A program made the translations under genes and the position numbers. DNA of 64,000 bases, taken from positions 64,939-128,938 of the forward strand of contig CACOWI010000003.1 in assembly GCA_902630885.1 (NCBI GenBank), given 5' to 3'. Positions within the stretch are counted from its first letter, which is position 1, and each line of letters opens with the position of its first letter. A model generated the notes under the pieces. It was not told the DNA's origin. It saw only the letters and a program-made list of their open reading frames with translations, and did no database searches. Below are positions 28,499-38,560 of this stretch, piece by piece. This DNA comes from an uncultured SAR86 cluster bacterium. Lineage in GTDB: Bacteria > Pseudomonadota > Gammaproteobacteria > Magnimaribacterales > D2472.

Positions 28499-29710
28499 AT
28501 GCTTAAAGGTCATTGCGACGAAAAATTCTCCGAACTTAGAAAAATTCTTGATCGTCAATTAAATTCTAATTTTGAATTAGGTGCATCTGTTGCAGTGGAG
28601 TGGAAAGGAAAAGAAGTTGTTAATCTTTATGGAGGTTATAAAGATGAAAATAAAAATTCTGAATGGCAAGAAGATACAATTGTTAATGTTTTTTCAGTAA
28701 CCAAAGCTGTTTCAGGTATTTGTATTTCTCGATTGATTGATGCTGGACTATTAGATGTAAACCAAAATGTTGGTCATTATTGGCCCGAATATTCTTGTAA
28801 CGGTAAAGAAAATACAAAAGTTATTGATTTTTTAACACACAGAGCTGGTATGTTTGGTTTTGAAAATGATATTCCGCAGGCTAGTTGGGGTGATTGGGAT
28901 ATTTATGTAAAGGCTTTAGAAAAACAGAAACCTTTTGTTACACCAGGATCTTCTCAAGGATATCATGCAGTTACTTTTGCTTGGTTGGTAGGAGAGCTAT
29001 TTAAAAAAATTGATGGAAGAACTATTGGTAAGTATTTTAAGGATGAAATAGCAAATCCATTAGATATTGATTTTCATATTGGACTGAATAATGAGCAAGT
29101 AAAACGATGCGCATCTATAACATCTTTTGATAGATTAGATTCAATTAAACCTCCAATTGATTTTATTAAATATATACCTAATTTTCTTCTTAACGAAGAT
29201 TTAGTAAATTTAAAAAAATCTCTTCAATCCAAACACTTTTTAAAAGCTTTTATGCCAGAACCTTTTCAAGAAAATGATGTTAACTCTAATGATTTTAGAA
29301 TGGCTGAACTACCTGCTGGAAATGGACATGGGACTGCATCTGGTCTTGCAAAGTTATTTGGAATATTAGCTACCGGTTGCAATAGAAATAATATTAATTT
29401 AATGAATGAAAGTACATTAGATCAGGCCACTAAAGTTCATACAAGTGGCCCAGATACGGTCTTATTTGGAGTAAAACTTAAATTTGGTTATTGTTTTATG
29501 TTAGATGGTAATAAGAAAACTAATGTACATTTCGCTCCAATATTCTATGAAGGAGCTTTTGGACATGCAGGAATAGGGGGCTCGGTAGCATTTGGTGATA
29601 AAAAAAATGAATTAGGTTATAGCTTTGTTTGTAATAAACAACAAAAGTCATCGAGTTTATACAAAACTTCTAATTTGCTTACTGAAGCACTATATAAAGC
29701 AATCAATTAA
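28499..29710 (+). CDS. Serine hydrolase, beta-lactamase/esterase (class C-like) family
   Basis: S-x-x-K nucleophile motif FSVTKAV. 403 aa with the GYHAVTF region. Lies 14 nt after nqrM on the same strand. Confidence 0.8.
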   Translation: MLKGHCDEKFSELRKILDRQLNSNFELGASVAVEWKGKEVVNLYGGYKDENKNSEWQEDTIVNVFSVTKAVSGICISRLIDAGLLDVNQNVGHYWPEYSCNGKENTKVIDFLTHRAGMFGFENDIPQASWGDWDIYVKALEKQKPFVTPGSSQGYHAVTFAWLVGELFKKIDGRTIGKYFKDEIANPLDIDFHIGLNNEQVKRCASITSFDRLDSIKPPIDFIKYIPNFLLNEDLVNLKKSLQSKHFLKAFMPEPFQENDVNSNDFRMAELPAGNGHGTASGLAKLFGILATGCNRNNINLMNESTLDQATKVHTSGPDTVLFGVKLKFGYCFMLDGNKKTNVHFAPIFYEGAFGHAGIGGSVAFGDKKNELGYSFVCNKQQKSSSLYKTSNLLTEALYKAIN

Positions 29711-31287
29711 AATTGGTTCATAGTATTGTCTTCACCAGCAGCTTTTAAAGCTGCTTCACCAGCAAAATATTCTTTATGATCGTCACCCATATCAGACCCT
29801 GACATGTTTTGGTGTTTCACACATGCTATTCCCTGACGAATTTCCTTTCTTTGAACATTAGCAACGTATCCAAGCATTCCTTCAGTTCCAAAATATTCTT
29901 TAGCAAGATTATCAGTAGAAAGAGCAGCTGTATGATATGTTGGTAATGTAATTAGATGATGAAATATGCCAGCTTGTTTAGATGCATCTGCTTGAAATGT
30001 TCTAATCTTATCATCAGCTAATTTTGCTAATTCTGTATCGTCATATTTTTCATTCATTAAATCATCTCTATCGTAATCTGAGACATCATCACCAGATTTG
30101 CTCATAGAATCAAAAACTTGTTGTCTGAAATTTAAAGTCCAATTAAAAGAAGGACTATTGTTGTATACCAACTTAGCATTCGGAATAACTTTTTTAATTT
30201 CATCCATCATTTCAGCAATTTGACCAATATGAGGTTTTTCTGTTTCAATCCAAATTAAATCAGCACCATTTTGTAAACTTGTAATTGAATCAAGTATACA
30301 TCTAGCCTCACCAGTACCTTTTCTAAATTGATATAAGTTGGAAGGCAATCTCTTTGGACGAACAACTTTACCGTTTTGGCTGATCATAACATCACCATGT
30401 TTCATATTTTCATCATTGATTTCTTCAACATCTAAAAATGAATTATATTGATCTCCAAGATCACCTTCTTCGTTAGTTATTGCTATTTGTTTTGTTAGGC
30501 CTGCTCCAAGAGAGTCAGTTCTGGCAACAATAATCCCATCATCGACACCTAACTCTAAAAATGCATATCTAACAGCATTAATTTTTGCTAAAAAGTCTGC
30601 ATGAGGGACAGTGACCTTTCCATCTTGATGACCACATTGTTTTTCGTCAGATACCTGGTTTTCTATTTGAATTGCACATGCTCCTGCCTCAATCATCTGT
30701 TTTGCCATAAGGTATGTAGCCTCTTCATTACCAAATCCTGCGTCAATATCAGCGATTATAGGAACAATATGTGTTTCAAAGTTGTCTATCTTCTCTTGAA
30801 TTGCAGGTTTGTCCTTTTCAGATGCTTTATCTAATTCTCTAAATAGACCTCCAAGTTCTCTAGCATCAGCTTGTTTTAAAAATGTATAAAGTTCATTTAT
30901 AAGACTGGCAACAGAAGTTTTTTCATGCATTGATTGATCGGGTAATGGTCCAAATTGCGATCTTAGTGCAGCAATCATCCACCCTGATAAATATAAATAT
31001 TTCTTTTTGTTTGTACCAAAATGTTTCTTAATTGATATTAATTTTTGTTGGCCAATAAATCCATGCCAACATCCAAGAGATTGTGTATAGGCAGTAGGAT
31101 CTTTATCATATTCATCCATATCATTACGCATTATGGATGCAGTATATTTTGCAATATCTATACCAGTTTTAAACTGATTCTGAAGCCTCATACGAGCAAC
31201 ATAATCAGGACTAATTGAATTCCAATTAGATGTATTCATATCAGTAATTGAAGATGCTTCTTCAATAGAATTTTTGTATTTTGACAT
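29707..31287 (-). CDS. aceA: Isocitrate lyase (long form, 526 aa)
   Basis: ICL signature KQCGHQDGK and IADIDAGFGN. Length is typical of the Pseudomonas-type long ICL. Confidence 0.85.
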   Translation of the reverse strand: MSKYKNSIEEASSITDMNTSNWNSISPDYVARMRLQNQFKTGIDIAKYTASIMRNDMDEYDKDPTAYTQSLGCWHGFIGQQKLISIKKHFGTNKKKYLYLSGWMIAALRSQFGPLPDQSMHEKTSVASLINELYTFLKQADARELGGLFRELDKASEKDKPAIQEKIDNFETHIVPIIADIDAGFGNEEATYLMAKQMIEAGACAIQIENQVSDEKQCGHQDGKVTVPHADFLAKINAVRYAFLELGVDDGIIVARTDSLGAGLTKQIAITNEEGDLGDQYNSFLDVEEINDENMKHGDVMISQNGKVVRPKRLPSNLYQFRKGTGEARCILDSITSLQNGADLIWIETEKPHIGQIAEMMDEIKKVIPNAKLVYNNSPSFNWTLNFRQQVFDSMSKSGDDVSDYDRDDLMNEKYDDTELAKLADDKIRTFQADASKQAGIFHHLITLPTYHTAALSTDNLAKEYFGTEGMLGYVANVQRKEIRQGIACVKHQNMSGSDMGDDHKEYFAGEAALKAAGEDNTMNQF

Positions 31288-31404
31288 AAGTAACCCCTAT
31301 TAATGTAGTGAAGTAAATATGAATATAATTTAAGTGTCAATATGTGTTAAAAATGTCGATTTTGAAGTATTTTTTAAGTAGTTTTACTACAAAAAATGTT
31401 GAAT

Positions 31405-32751
31405 TCAGACTTTTTTTGCAAGTCCTATATATTTATCAGGACTCAGAGAAAGAAGCTTATTTTTTGATTTTGATGATATATCAAGGCCATTAATAAATTT
31501 TATATATGATTCCTTATCAAGTTTCTTGCCTCTCGATAAGGTTTTTAATTGCTCATAAGCATCATCAATGCCTTCGTAGCGCATTATGGTTTGAATGGCT
31601 TCTGTTAAAACTTCCCAATTTTTGTTTAACTCATTAAAAATAAAATCTCTATTTGGTTCGACTTTCATCAATCCTTTATTTAACGAACTTATTCCTATCT
31701 TTGAATAACCAAATGACATACCAATATTTCTTAGGACAGTACTATCTGATAAATCTCTTTGAAGGCGTGATCTTGTTAGTTTATTTATAAAATAATCATT
31801 TAGTGAATTTGACATACCGAAATTACCCTCAGAATTTTCAAAATCTATCGGATTTACCTTATGAGGCATAGTAGATGATCCCACTTCATTTTTATTCAAT
31901 TTAAGTTTGAAAATTTCATTTGATATGTAAATCCACATATCTTGTGATAGATCAATACAAATATTATTAGTTCTTGTAATTATTTGAAGTAACTCAGCAA
32001 TCCAATCATGTGGTTCAATCTGTGTAGTGACAGGATTTTGTTCCACATTAAACGTTTTAATGAATTTTCGTGTGAATAATGGCCAGTTAACTCTACTTTC
32101 TGCAATGTCAAAAGCATGATAATTTCCAACTGCGCCACTAAACTTAGCAAGAGGCACTACGGACTGTAATTTATATATTTCTCTATGAATTCTTGTATAG
32201 AAAACTTTAATTTCCTTACCAATAGTTGTTGGTGAGGCAGCCTGACCATGAGTTCGAGAAAGGATAGGGGTATTCAGCCATTTCGATGATAGTTTTTTTA
32301 GATTTTTGGTAAGAGTCTTTATATCATTTTCATAAACTTTCATGCCTTCCTTAATCATAATTGCATAGGATAATGAGTTGACATCTTCGCTTGTCAAACC
32401 AAAGTGTATTAAATGGGTATATTTAGATAAAACATTATCTTTTAAGAAAAATTTTTTTATATAGTATTCAACTGCTTTTACATCATGATTAGTTGTCTTT
32501 TCTATTTTTTTTATTTCTAAAACACTCTTATCATTAAATGAGTCACGAAACTTGGAAAGTTTATTTTTTGTTTGTTTGGATATCTTAGAAAAATATTTTG
32601 GGTATTTCTCGCAAAGATATATCAACCAATTAATTTCTATTACAAACCTGGTTTTAATAAGGTTATGTTCTGAAAATATGCCTCGAATGTCTTCAATTTT
32701 AGATGAGTATCTATTATCTAGTGGTGAAATATTATTATGGTTAAATTTCAT
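31405..32751 (-). CDS. purB: Adenylosuccinate lyase
   Basis: N-terminus ISPLDNRYSSKIEDIRGIFSEHNLIKTRF is colinear with E. coli PurB. Fumarate-lyase signature GSSTMPHKVNP. Confidence 0.9.
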   Translation of the reverse strand: MKFNHNNISPLDNRYSSKIEDIRGIFSEHNLIKTRFVIEINWLIYLCEKYPKYFSKISKQTKNKLSKFRDSFNDKSVLEIKKIEKTTNHDVKAVEYYIKKFFLKDNVLSKYTHLIHFGLTSEDVNSLSYAIMIKEGMKVYENDIKTLTKNLKKLSSKWLNTPILSRTHGQAASPTTIGKEIKVFYTRIHREIYKLQSVVPLAKFSGAVGNYHAFDIAESRVNWPLFTRKFIKTFNVEQNPVTTQIEPHDWIAELLQIITRTNNICIDLSQDMWIYISNEIFKLKLNKNEVGSSTMPHKVNPIDFENSEGNFGMSNSLNDYFINKLTRSRLQRDLSDSTVLRNIGMSFGYSKIGISSLNKGLMKVEPNRDFIFNELNKNWEVLTEAIQTIMRYEGIDDAYEQLKTLSRGKKLDKESYIKFINGLDISSKSKNKLLSLSPDKYIGLAKKV

Positions 32752-32776
32752 GATTAATGTCGATTAGTAGTCACTA

Positions 32777-33862
32777 TTATGCGCTTTTAGAAATAATTCC
32801 TCCACCCAAACAAACATCGTTATCATAAAATACAGCCGATTGGCCAGGAGCTACTCCTCTAATAGATTCTGTAAATTCAACATTATAGATTTCATTTTCA
32901 TAAGATATTTCACAGTCTACAGGTGTATGTTGATGTCTTACTTGCACACTACAGCTTTTTGGAAAAGAAAAATCTAAGCTATTAATCCAAGAAATATTAT
33001 CGCACTCTAGATACTTGCTAAATAACAATTCGTTATCTATACCCTGACATACATAAACTTCATTCTTATTTATATCTTTTTCAAAAACATACCAAGGTAA
33101 ATCTTCTTTTCCTTTAACACCTCCAATATTTAAACCTTGTCTTTGGCCCTTTGTATAAAGAGTTGCTCCATTATGTATTCCGACCTCGGATCCGTATTCA
33201 TCAAAAATAATGCCTTTTTCTAATTTAATAAATCTACCCAAAAAATCTTTAAGATTCCTTTCACCAACAAAACATATTCCAACAGAATCTTTTTTTGAAA
33301 ATATAGGCAGATTTAAACTCTCAGCAATATCTCTTACCTCATTTTTAAAAAGATTTTCCAATGGAAATATACATTGTTTGAATTCATTTTCTGTAACCTC
33401 ATGAAGGAAATATGTTTGATCTTTTTTCAAATCTTTTGATCTTACTAGGTATTTTTTACTGTTAATATCTCTTAAGGAAGCGTAATGTCCGGTTGCAATA
33501 TAATCAGCACCAATATTTAAAGCATAATCGAGAAATGATTTAAATTTTATTTCACGATTGCACAAAATATCTGGATTTGGTGTTCTGCCTTTTCTATGTT
33601 CACTCAAAAACTCTTCAAAGACTTTATCCCAGTATTCATCAGAAAAATTTGCTTTATGAAGAGGTATATCCAACATATCACATACTTTTGAAGCATCTTT
33701 AAAATCAATTTCAGAGGTACAAACCTCACCCGGTTCACTTTGCCAATTTTGCATAAATAATCCGACTACTTTAAAGCCTTGTTCTTTTAATAAGTATGCT
33801 GATACAGATGAATCAACGCCACCTGACATTCCAACAACAACAGTTTTTCTATGATTATTCAT
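32777..33862 (-). CDS. mnmA: tRNA 2-thiouridine(34) synthase MnmA
   Basis: PP-loop VVGMSGGVDSSV, NPDILCN and ATGHYA. Upstream of purB as in E. coli, but with no hflD between them. Confidence 0.9.
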   Translation of the reverse strand: MNNHRKTVVVGMSGGVDSSVSAYLLKEQGFKVVGLFMQNWQSEPGEVCTSEIDFKDASKVCDMLDIPLHKANFSDEYWDKVFEEFLSEHRKGRTPNPDILCNREIKFKSFLDYALNIGADYIATGHYASLRDINSKKYLVRSKDLKKDQTYFLHEVTENEFKQCIFPLENLFKNEVRDIAESLNLPIFSKKDSVGICFVGERNLKDFLGRFIKLEKGIIFDEYGSEVGIHNGATLYTKGQRQGLNIGGVKGKEDLPWYVFEKDINKNEVYVCQGIDNELLFSKYLECDNISWINSLDFSFPKSCSVQVRHQHTPVDCEISYENEIYNVEFTESIRGVAPGQSAVFYDNDVCLGGGIISKSA

Positions 33863-33953
33863 GTTAGCTAAATGAATTCATTAATTAATATTTTAGGAGT
33901 ATAATTATCACCGATTTTAACTGCAAATAACGAATTAAGAGATCTATTATTCT

Positions 33954-35207
33954 ATGCCTTATAAAAAGATTAAAGTACCAAAAAAGGGAGCAAAAATTTC
34001 CATTGAAAATGGAAAAATCAATGTCCCAGATAATCCAATTATTCCTTTCATTGAAGGCGATGGTATTGGTGTTGATATAACACCACCAATGATAAACGTT
34101 GTAAATGAAGCTGTAAAAATAGCCTACAAAGGTAAAAAGAAAATTGAATGGATGGAAGTATATTGTGGGGAAAAAGCAACAAAAGTTTATACAAAAGATA
34201 CATGGTTACCAGATGAAACAATTGATGCCCTAAAAGAATTTGTGGTGAGTATCAAGGGTCCTTTAACGACTCCTGTTGGAGGCGGCATTAGATCTCTAAA
34301 CGTAACATTAAGACAAGTACTAGACCTGTTTGTTTGTTTGAGGCCAATAAGATATTTTGATGGAGTCCCTTCACCAGTTAAAAGACCTCAGGACGTTGAT
34401 ATGGTTATTTTTAGAGAAAATTCTGAAGATATTTATTGCGGTGTTGAGTTTGAAGGAAATTCAAAAGAAGCTAAAAGTTTGATTAAAACCTTAAAAACAA
34501 GATTTGATGTATCTAAAATTAGATTTGATGAAAATGTAGGCATAGGTGTTAAACCTATTTCTAAAGATGGGACTTCAAGGCTTGTCAAAAAAGCAATAGA
34601 TTATGCGATTGATAATAATCGTTCTTCAGTAACATTAGTTCATAAAGGCAATATCATGAAGTATACCGAAGGTGCATTTAGAGATTGGGGATACGAATTA
34701 GCCAATAAAGAATATGGTGGTGTTGAGATAGACGAGGGGCCTTGGCAAGAAATTACTAATCCAAATAATGGAAAAAAAATTGTCATAAAAGATGTAATTT
34801 GTGACGCATTTCTTCAACAAATATTATTAAGGCCAACAGAATATGATGTCATTGCAACAATGAATCTAAATGGTGATTACATTTCTGATGCTTTAGCAGC
34901 AATGGTTGGAGGAATTGGAATTGCTCCAGGTGCAAATATTTCTGATCAATATGCAGTTTTTGAAGCTACTCATGGCACAGCACCAAAATATGCAGGACAA
35001 AATAAAGTAAATCCTGGAAGTCTGATTCTTTCTGCTGAAATGATGCTAAGGCATATGGGGTGGTTAGATGCAGCAGATTTAATTATGTCATCAATGGATA
35101 GAGCTATTGGCGCTAAAAAAGTAACTTATGATTTTGCCAGAATGATGAATGATGCTGAACTTGTTACTTCATCAGGATTCGCAGATGAAATGATTAAAAG
35201 GATGTAA
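33954..35207 (+). CDS. icd: NADP-dependent isocitrate dehydrogenase
   Basis: [35 protein letters not shown] and [12 protein letters not shown]. 417 aa. Confidence 0.9.
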   Translation: MPYKKIKVPKKGAKISIENGKINVPDNPIIPFIEGDGIGVDITPPMINVVNEAVKIAYKGKKKIEWMEVYCGEKATKVYTKDTWLPDETIDALKEFVVSIKGPLTTPVGGGIRSLNVTLRQVLDLFVCLRPIRYFDGVPSPVKRPQDVDMVIFRENSEDIYCGVEFEGNSKEAKSLIKTLKTRFDVSKIRFDENVGIGVKPISKDGTSRLVKKAIDYAIDNNRSSVTLVHKGNIMKYTEGAFRDWGYELANKEYGGVEIDEGPWQEITNPNNGKKIVIKDVICDAFLQQILLRPTEYDVIATMNLNGDYISDALAAMVGGIGIAPGANISDQYAVFEATHGTAPKYAGQNKVNPGSLILSAEMMLRHMGWLDAADLIMSSMDRAIGAKKVTYDFARMMNDAELVTSSGFADEMIKRM

Positions 35208-35551
35208 TGTATAAGTTATCTCAGGATAATGACAATGATTCAACTTCATCTGATCTTGGCGCAGTTGTTCTTGAGAAAGAACCTGAAGTCAAAGAACCAC
35301 CGTCTTACCAAGTAGTTTTAATAAATGACGATTACACTCCAATGGAATTTGTTGTTTTCGTTCTTCAAACTGTTTTTGGACACACTCATCAAAAATCAAC
35401 AGAAATAATGATGACTGTTCATACAAAAGGTAAGGGTGTTTGTGGTATATTCTCAAAAGAGATCGCTGAAATGATGTCATACGAGGTCAATACAATGGCA
35501 AAAGATCATGGACATCCTCTTTTGAGCGAAATAGAACCATTAACTGATTAA
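35207..35551 (+). CDS. clpS: ATP-dependent Clp protease adaptor ClpS
   Basis: PPSYQVVLINDDYTPMEFVVFVLQ core. TAATG junction with icd. Precedes clpA. Confidence 0.9.
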   Translation: MYKLSQDNDNDSTSSDLGAVVLEKEPEVKEPPSYQVVLINDDYTPMEFVVFVLQTVFGHTHQKSTEIMMTVHTKGKGVCGIFSKEIAEMMSYEVNTMAKDHGHPLLSEIEPLTD

Positions 35552-35554
35552 TAA

Positions 35555-37792
35555 ATGTTTAGTAAAGAATTAGAACTTTCCATTGCTGCGTTATTCGATA
35601 AAGCTCATGAAGCTAATATTCAATATATAACCGTTGAACATCTGCTTTTAATGATAATGAGTGATTTTGATGTTAAAGAGTTTTTTAAAACGAAAGGTAT
35701 AAGTATTGATTCACTCAAAGATGATTTAAACAATCATTTAAACAAGAACGTTGTATCAAAAATTGATCAGCAAAAACCAGTTCAACCTACCTTAGGTTTT
35801 CAAAGAGTTCTTCAGCGAGCAGTTTTTCATATTCAATCCTCAGGTAAAGGTGTTGTAAAACCTATAAATATTCTTGTTGCAATTTTTTCTGAAAAAGAAT
35901 CTCATTCGGTTTTTTTATTAAATAAATATAAGTTAAGTAGGCTTGATGTAGTAACTTACTTATCACATGGACCAAAAAACTCTTCTGAAGATGATAAATC
36001 AATTGATAAAAATGAAGAAAGCAATAATGAATTATCATCTGAAAACGAGTTCTTAATTAATCTAAATAATTTAGTTTCAAACAATAAAATTGACAAAATT
36101 ATTGGTAGAAAAAAAGAAATTGAAAGATTAGTACAAATTCTATCTAGACGAAATAAAAATAATCCATTATTGGTTGGTGAATCTGGTGTTGGAAAAACAG
36201 CTATTGCAGAGGGCTTAGCATACCTAATTTCAAAAAAAGAAGTCCCATCAATTATGGAAAATACTATTGTCTATTCATTAGATATAGCTGCATTAATTGC
36301 TGGAACAAAATATAGAGGAGATTTTGAAAAACGTCTAAAACAAGTTTTATCATTTTTATCTAAACAAGATAATCCAATATTATTTATTGACGAAATACAT
36401 ACCATTATAGGTGCTGGCTCTGCATCAGGTGGATCATTAGATGTTTCAAATTTACTCAAACCCGCACTTGGAAAAGGGGAAATTAGATGTATTGGATCAA
36501 CAACATTTCAAGAATACAGAGGAATATTTAATCAAAATCAAGCTTTATCAAGAAGATTCCAAAAAATTGATGTAGTTGAGCCTACTTTTGATGAGTGTGA
36601 AGAGATTCTGAATGGCATTAAGGATATTTATGAAGACTACCATGATGTAAAGTATTCTGATGAATCAATTAAATCATCAATTGAACTTTCATCCAAATAT
36701 ATAAACGATAGATTCTTACCTGATAAAGCTATAGATGTTATTGATGAAACGGGCGCGTTATTAAATATAAATAGAAAAAATAAAAAAACTATTAAAGTTT
36801 CAAAAAATGATATCGAGATGACAATATCAAAAATTACAAAAATACCAGAACAAACTATTACAACTAGCGACAAAAAAGATCTTAAAAACTTAGAAGAAAA
36901 TTTAAAACGTGTTATTTTCGGTCAAAATAAAGCAGTTTCAACACTTTCGAATGCTATTAAATTGTCAAGAGTAGGTCTTAGAGACGAAAATAAAACAATA
37001 GGATCTTTCTTATTTACTGGTCCAACTGGAGTAGGGAAAACAGAAATATCAAAACAGTTATCTGAAATTCTTGGTATAGATCTTATTAGATTTGATATGA
37101 GTGAATATATGGAGAGACATACTGTTTCCAGATTAATTGGAGCGCCTCCAGGTTATGTTGGATTTGACCAGGGAGGGCTTTTGACAGAAGCAATAGTCAA
37201 ATCGCCACATTGTGTTCTTTTATTAGATGAAATTGAAAAAGCTCATCCAGACATTTTCAATATACTCCTTCAAGTTATGGATGCAGGTCAATTAACTGAT
37301 AATAACGGACGAAAATCAGATTTTAGAAACGTAATATTGATTATGACAACAAATATAGGTGCTGAACTTCTAAGCAAGAGAAATATTGGTTTTGCTGAAT
37401 CCTCCAATGAATCAGATGCTATGAACTCACTTAAAAGATTATTTTCACCAGAGTTTAGAAATAGACTTGATGAAACAATACAATTTAATTATTTAGATAA
37501 GAGTGTTATCTTGTCAATTGTTGATAAGTTTCTTACTAAACTTCAGGCACAACTTGATAAAAGAAATGTTGAAATACAAGTTTCTAAAAAAGTTATTGAA
37601 TGGATTGCAGATAACGGATATGACAAAGAAATGGGTGCAAGGCCTATGGAAAGATTTATATCACAAAATATAAAAAAACCTCTTGTAGATAAATTACTAT
37701 TCGGAAATCTTAAGAGTGGCGGATTAATTAAATTGGATATCGAGAAGGGTGAATTAAAATTTTCTGATTCTAAAACAGAAGTTAAAGCCTAA
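35555..37792 (+). CDS. clpA: ATP-dependent Clp protease ATP-binding subunit ClpA
   Basis: Two AAA+ modules (GESGVGKTAIAEGLA and GPTGVGKTEISKQL) plus a Clp N-domain. 745 aa. Confidence 0.95.
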   Translation: MFSKELELSIAALFDKAHEANIQYITVEHLLLMIMSDFDVKEFFKTKGISIDSLKDDLNNHLNKNVVSKIDQQKPVQPTLGFQRVLQRAVFHIQSSGKGVVKPINILVAIFSEKESHSVFLLNKYKLSRLDVVTYLSHGPKNSSEDDKSIDKNEESNNELSSENEFLINLNNLVSNNKIDKIIGRKKEIERLVQILSRRNKNNPLLVGESGVGKTAIAEGLAYLISKKEVPSIMENTIVYSLDIAALIAGTKYRGDFEKRLKQVLSFLSKQDNPILFIDEIHTIIGAGSASGGSLDVSNLLKPALGKGEIRCIGSTTFQEYRGIFNQNQALSRRFQKIDVVEPTFDECEEILNGIKDIYEDYHDVKYSDESIKSSIELSSKYINDRFLPDKAIDVIDETGALLNINRKNKKTIKVSKNDIEMTISKITKIPEQTITTSDKKDLKNLEENLKRVIFGQNKAVSTLSNAIKLSRVGLRDENKTIGSFLFTGPTGVGKTEISKQLSEILGIDLIRFDMSEYMERHTVSRLIGAPPGYVGFDQGGLLTEAIVKSPHCVLLLDEIEKAHPDIFNILLQVMDAGQLTDNNGRKSDFRNVILIMTTNIGAELLSKRNIGFAESSNESDAMNSLKRLFSPEFRNRLDETIQFNYLDKSVILSIVDKFLTKLQAQLDKRNVEIQVSKKVIEWIADNGYDKEMGARPMERFISQNIKKPLVDKLLFGNLKSGGLIKLDIEKGELKFSDSKTEVKA

Positions 37793-37793
37793 A

Positions 37794-38012
37794 TTATCTG
37801 CCTCTGAATGTAATCCTTCCAACTGTTAAATCATAAGGAGTCATTTCTACTTTAACTTTATCACCTGTGAGAATTCTAATGTAATGTTTTCTCATCTTGC
37901 CTGATATGTGAGCTGTGATGATATGGTCGTTTTCTAACTTAACTTTGAATTTTGTATTAGGAAGAGTTTCAATAACTTCTCCTTCAAATTCTAATTGATC
38001 TTCTTTTGACAT
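37794..38012 (-). CDS. infA: Translation initiation factor IF-1
   Basis: 72 aa, ...[57 protein letters not shown]. Convergent with clpA as in E. coli. Confidence 0.95.
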   Translation of the reverse strand: MSKEDQLEFEGEVIETLPNTKFKVKLENDHIITAHISGKMRKHYIRILTGDKVKVEMTPYDLTVGRITFRGR

Positions 38013-38131
38013 GCCTTATTTTACACTAATTTCATTGTTCAATTTCTTTTAATATGTGATTTAATAAAAGGATATTACAAATTGAATTATTAAACCATTT
38101 AGCTAGACTTTAATTATAACGAGGAATCAAT

Positions 38132-38440
38132 ATGAGTGATGTAAAAGTTTATATGTTAGCAAACCTTCAAATTCATGATGCCGAAAAATATAGGCTTTAT
38201 GAAAAAGGCTTCTTTCCAATATTAAAAAAACATGAAGGTGAATTTATCACCTATGATGACAATATAGTACACATCGAAGGTACTAAACCTATGGAAGGTA
38301 GAGTTATATTATTTTGCTTTCCATCAGAAAAACACGCAGACGATTGGTATTCAGATCCTGAATATCAAGCTATAAGTGAACATCGAAGAAGTGGTACAAC
38401 ATCAACAATAACTAGAATTAAAGGTTTGCCACCTAGATAG
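38132..38440 (+). CDS. DUF1330 domain protein
   Basis: 102 aa. Pattern YMLANLQIHD...EGRVILFCFPSEKHADDWYSDPEYQ is typical of DUF1330 (dimeric alpha/beta barrel). Confidence 0.7.
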   Translation: MSDVKVYMLANLQIHDAEKYRLYEKGFFPILKKHEGEFITYDDNIVHIEGTKPMEGRVILFCFPSEKHADDWYSDPEYQAISEHRRSGTTSTITRIKGLPPR

Positions 38441-38560
38441 ATATCTATAATTTAACATAATATATATTATGCGAATATATATATAAAAGACTTAATATAT
38501 ACCCTACTTAAGTTACAGATAGATAAGTATAATATCTATTTTAAAATCAATAATTATTAT

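Noticed and set aside
29707-35207. aceA and icd within 3 kb of each other as a possible glyoxylate-shunt regulatory module
   Set aside because: They are on opposite strands and separated by purB-mnmA. No aceB or aceK lies in the window. The proximity is most simply explained by genome compaction.
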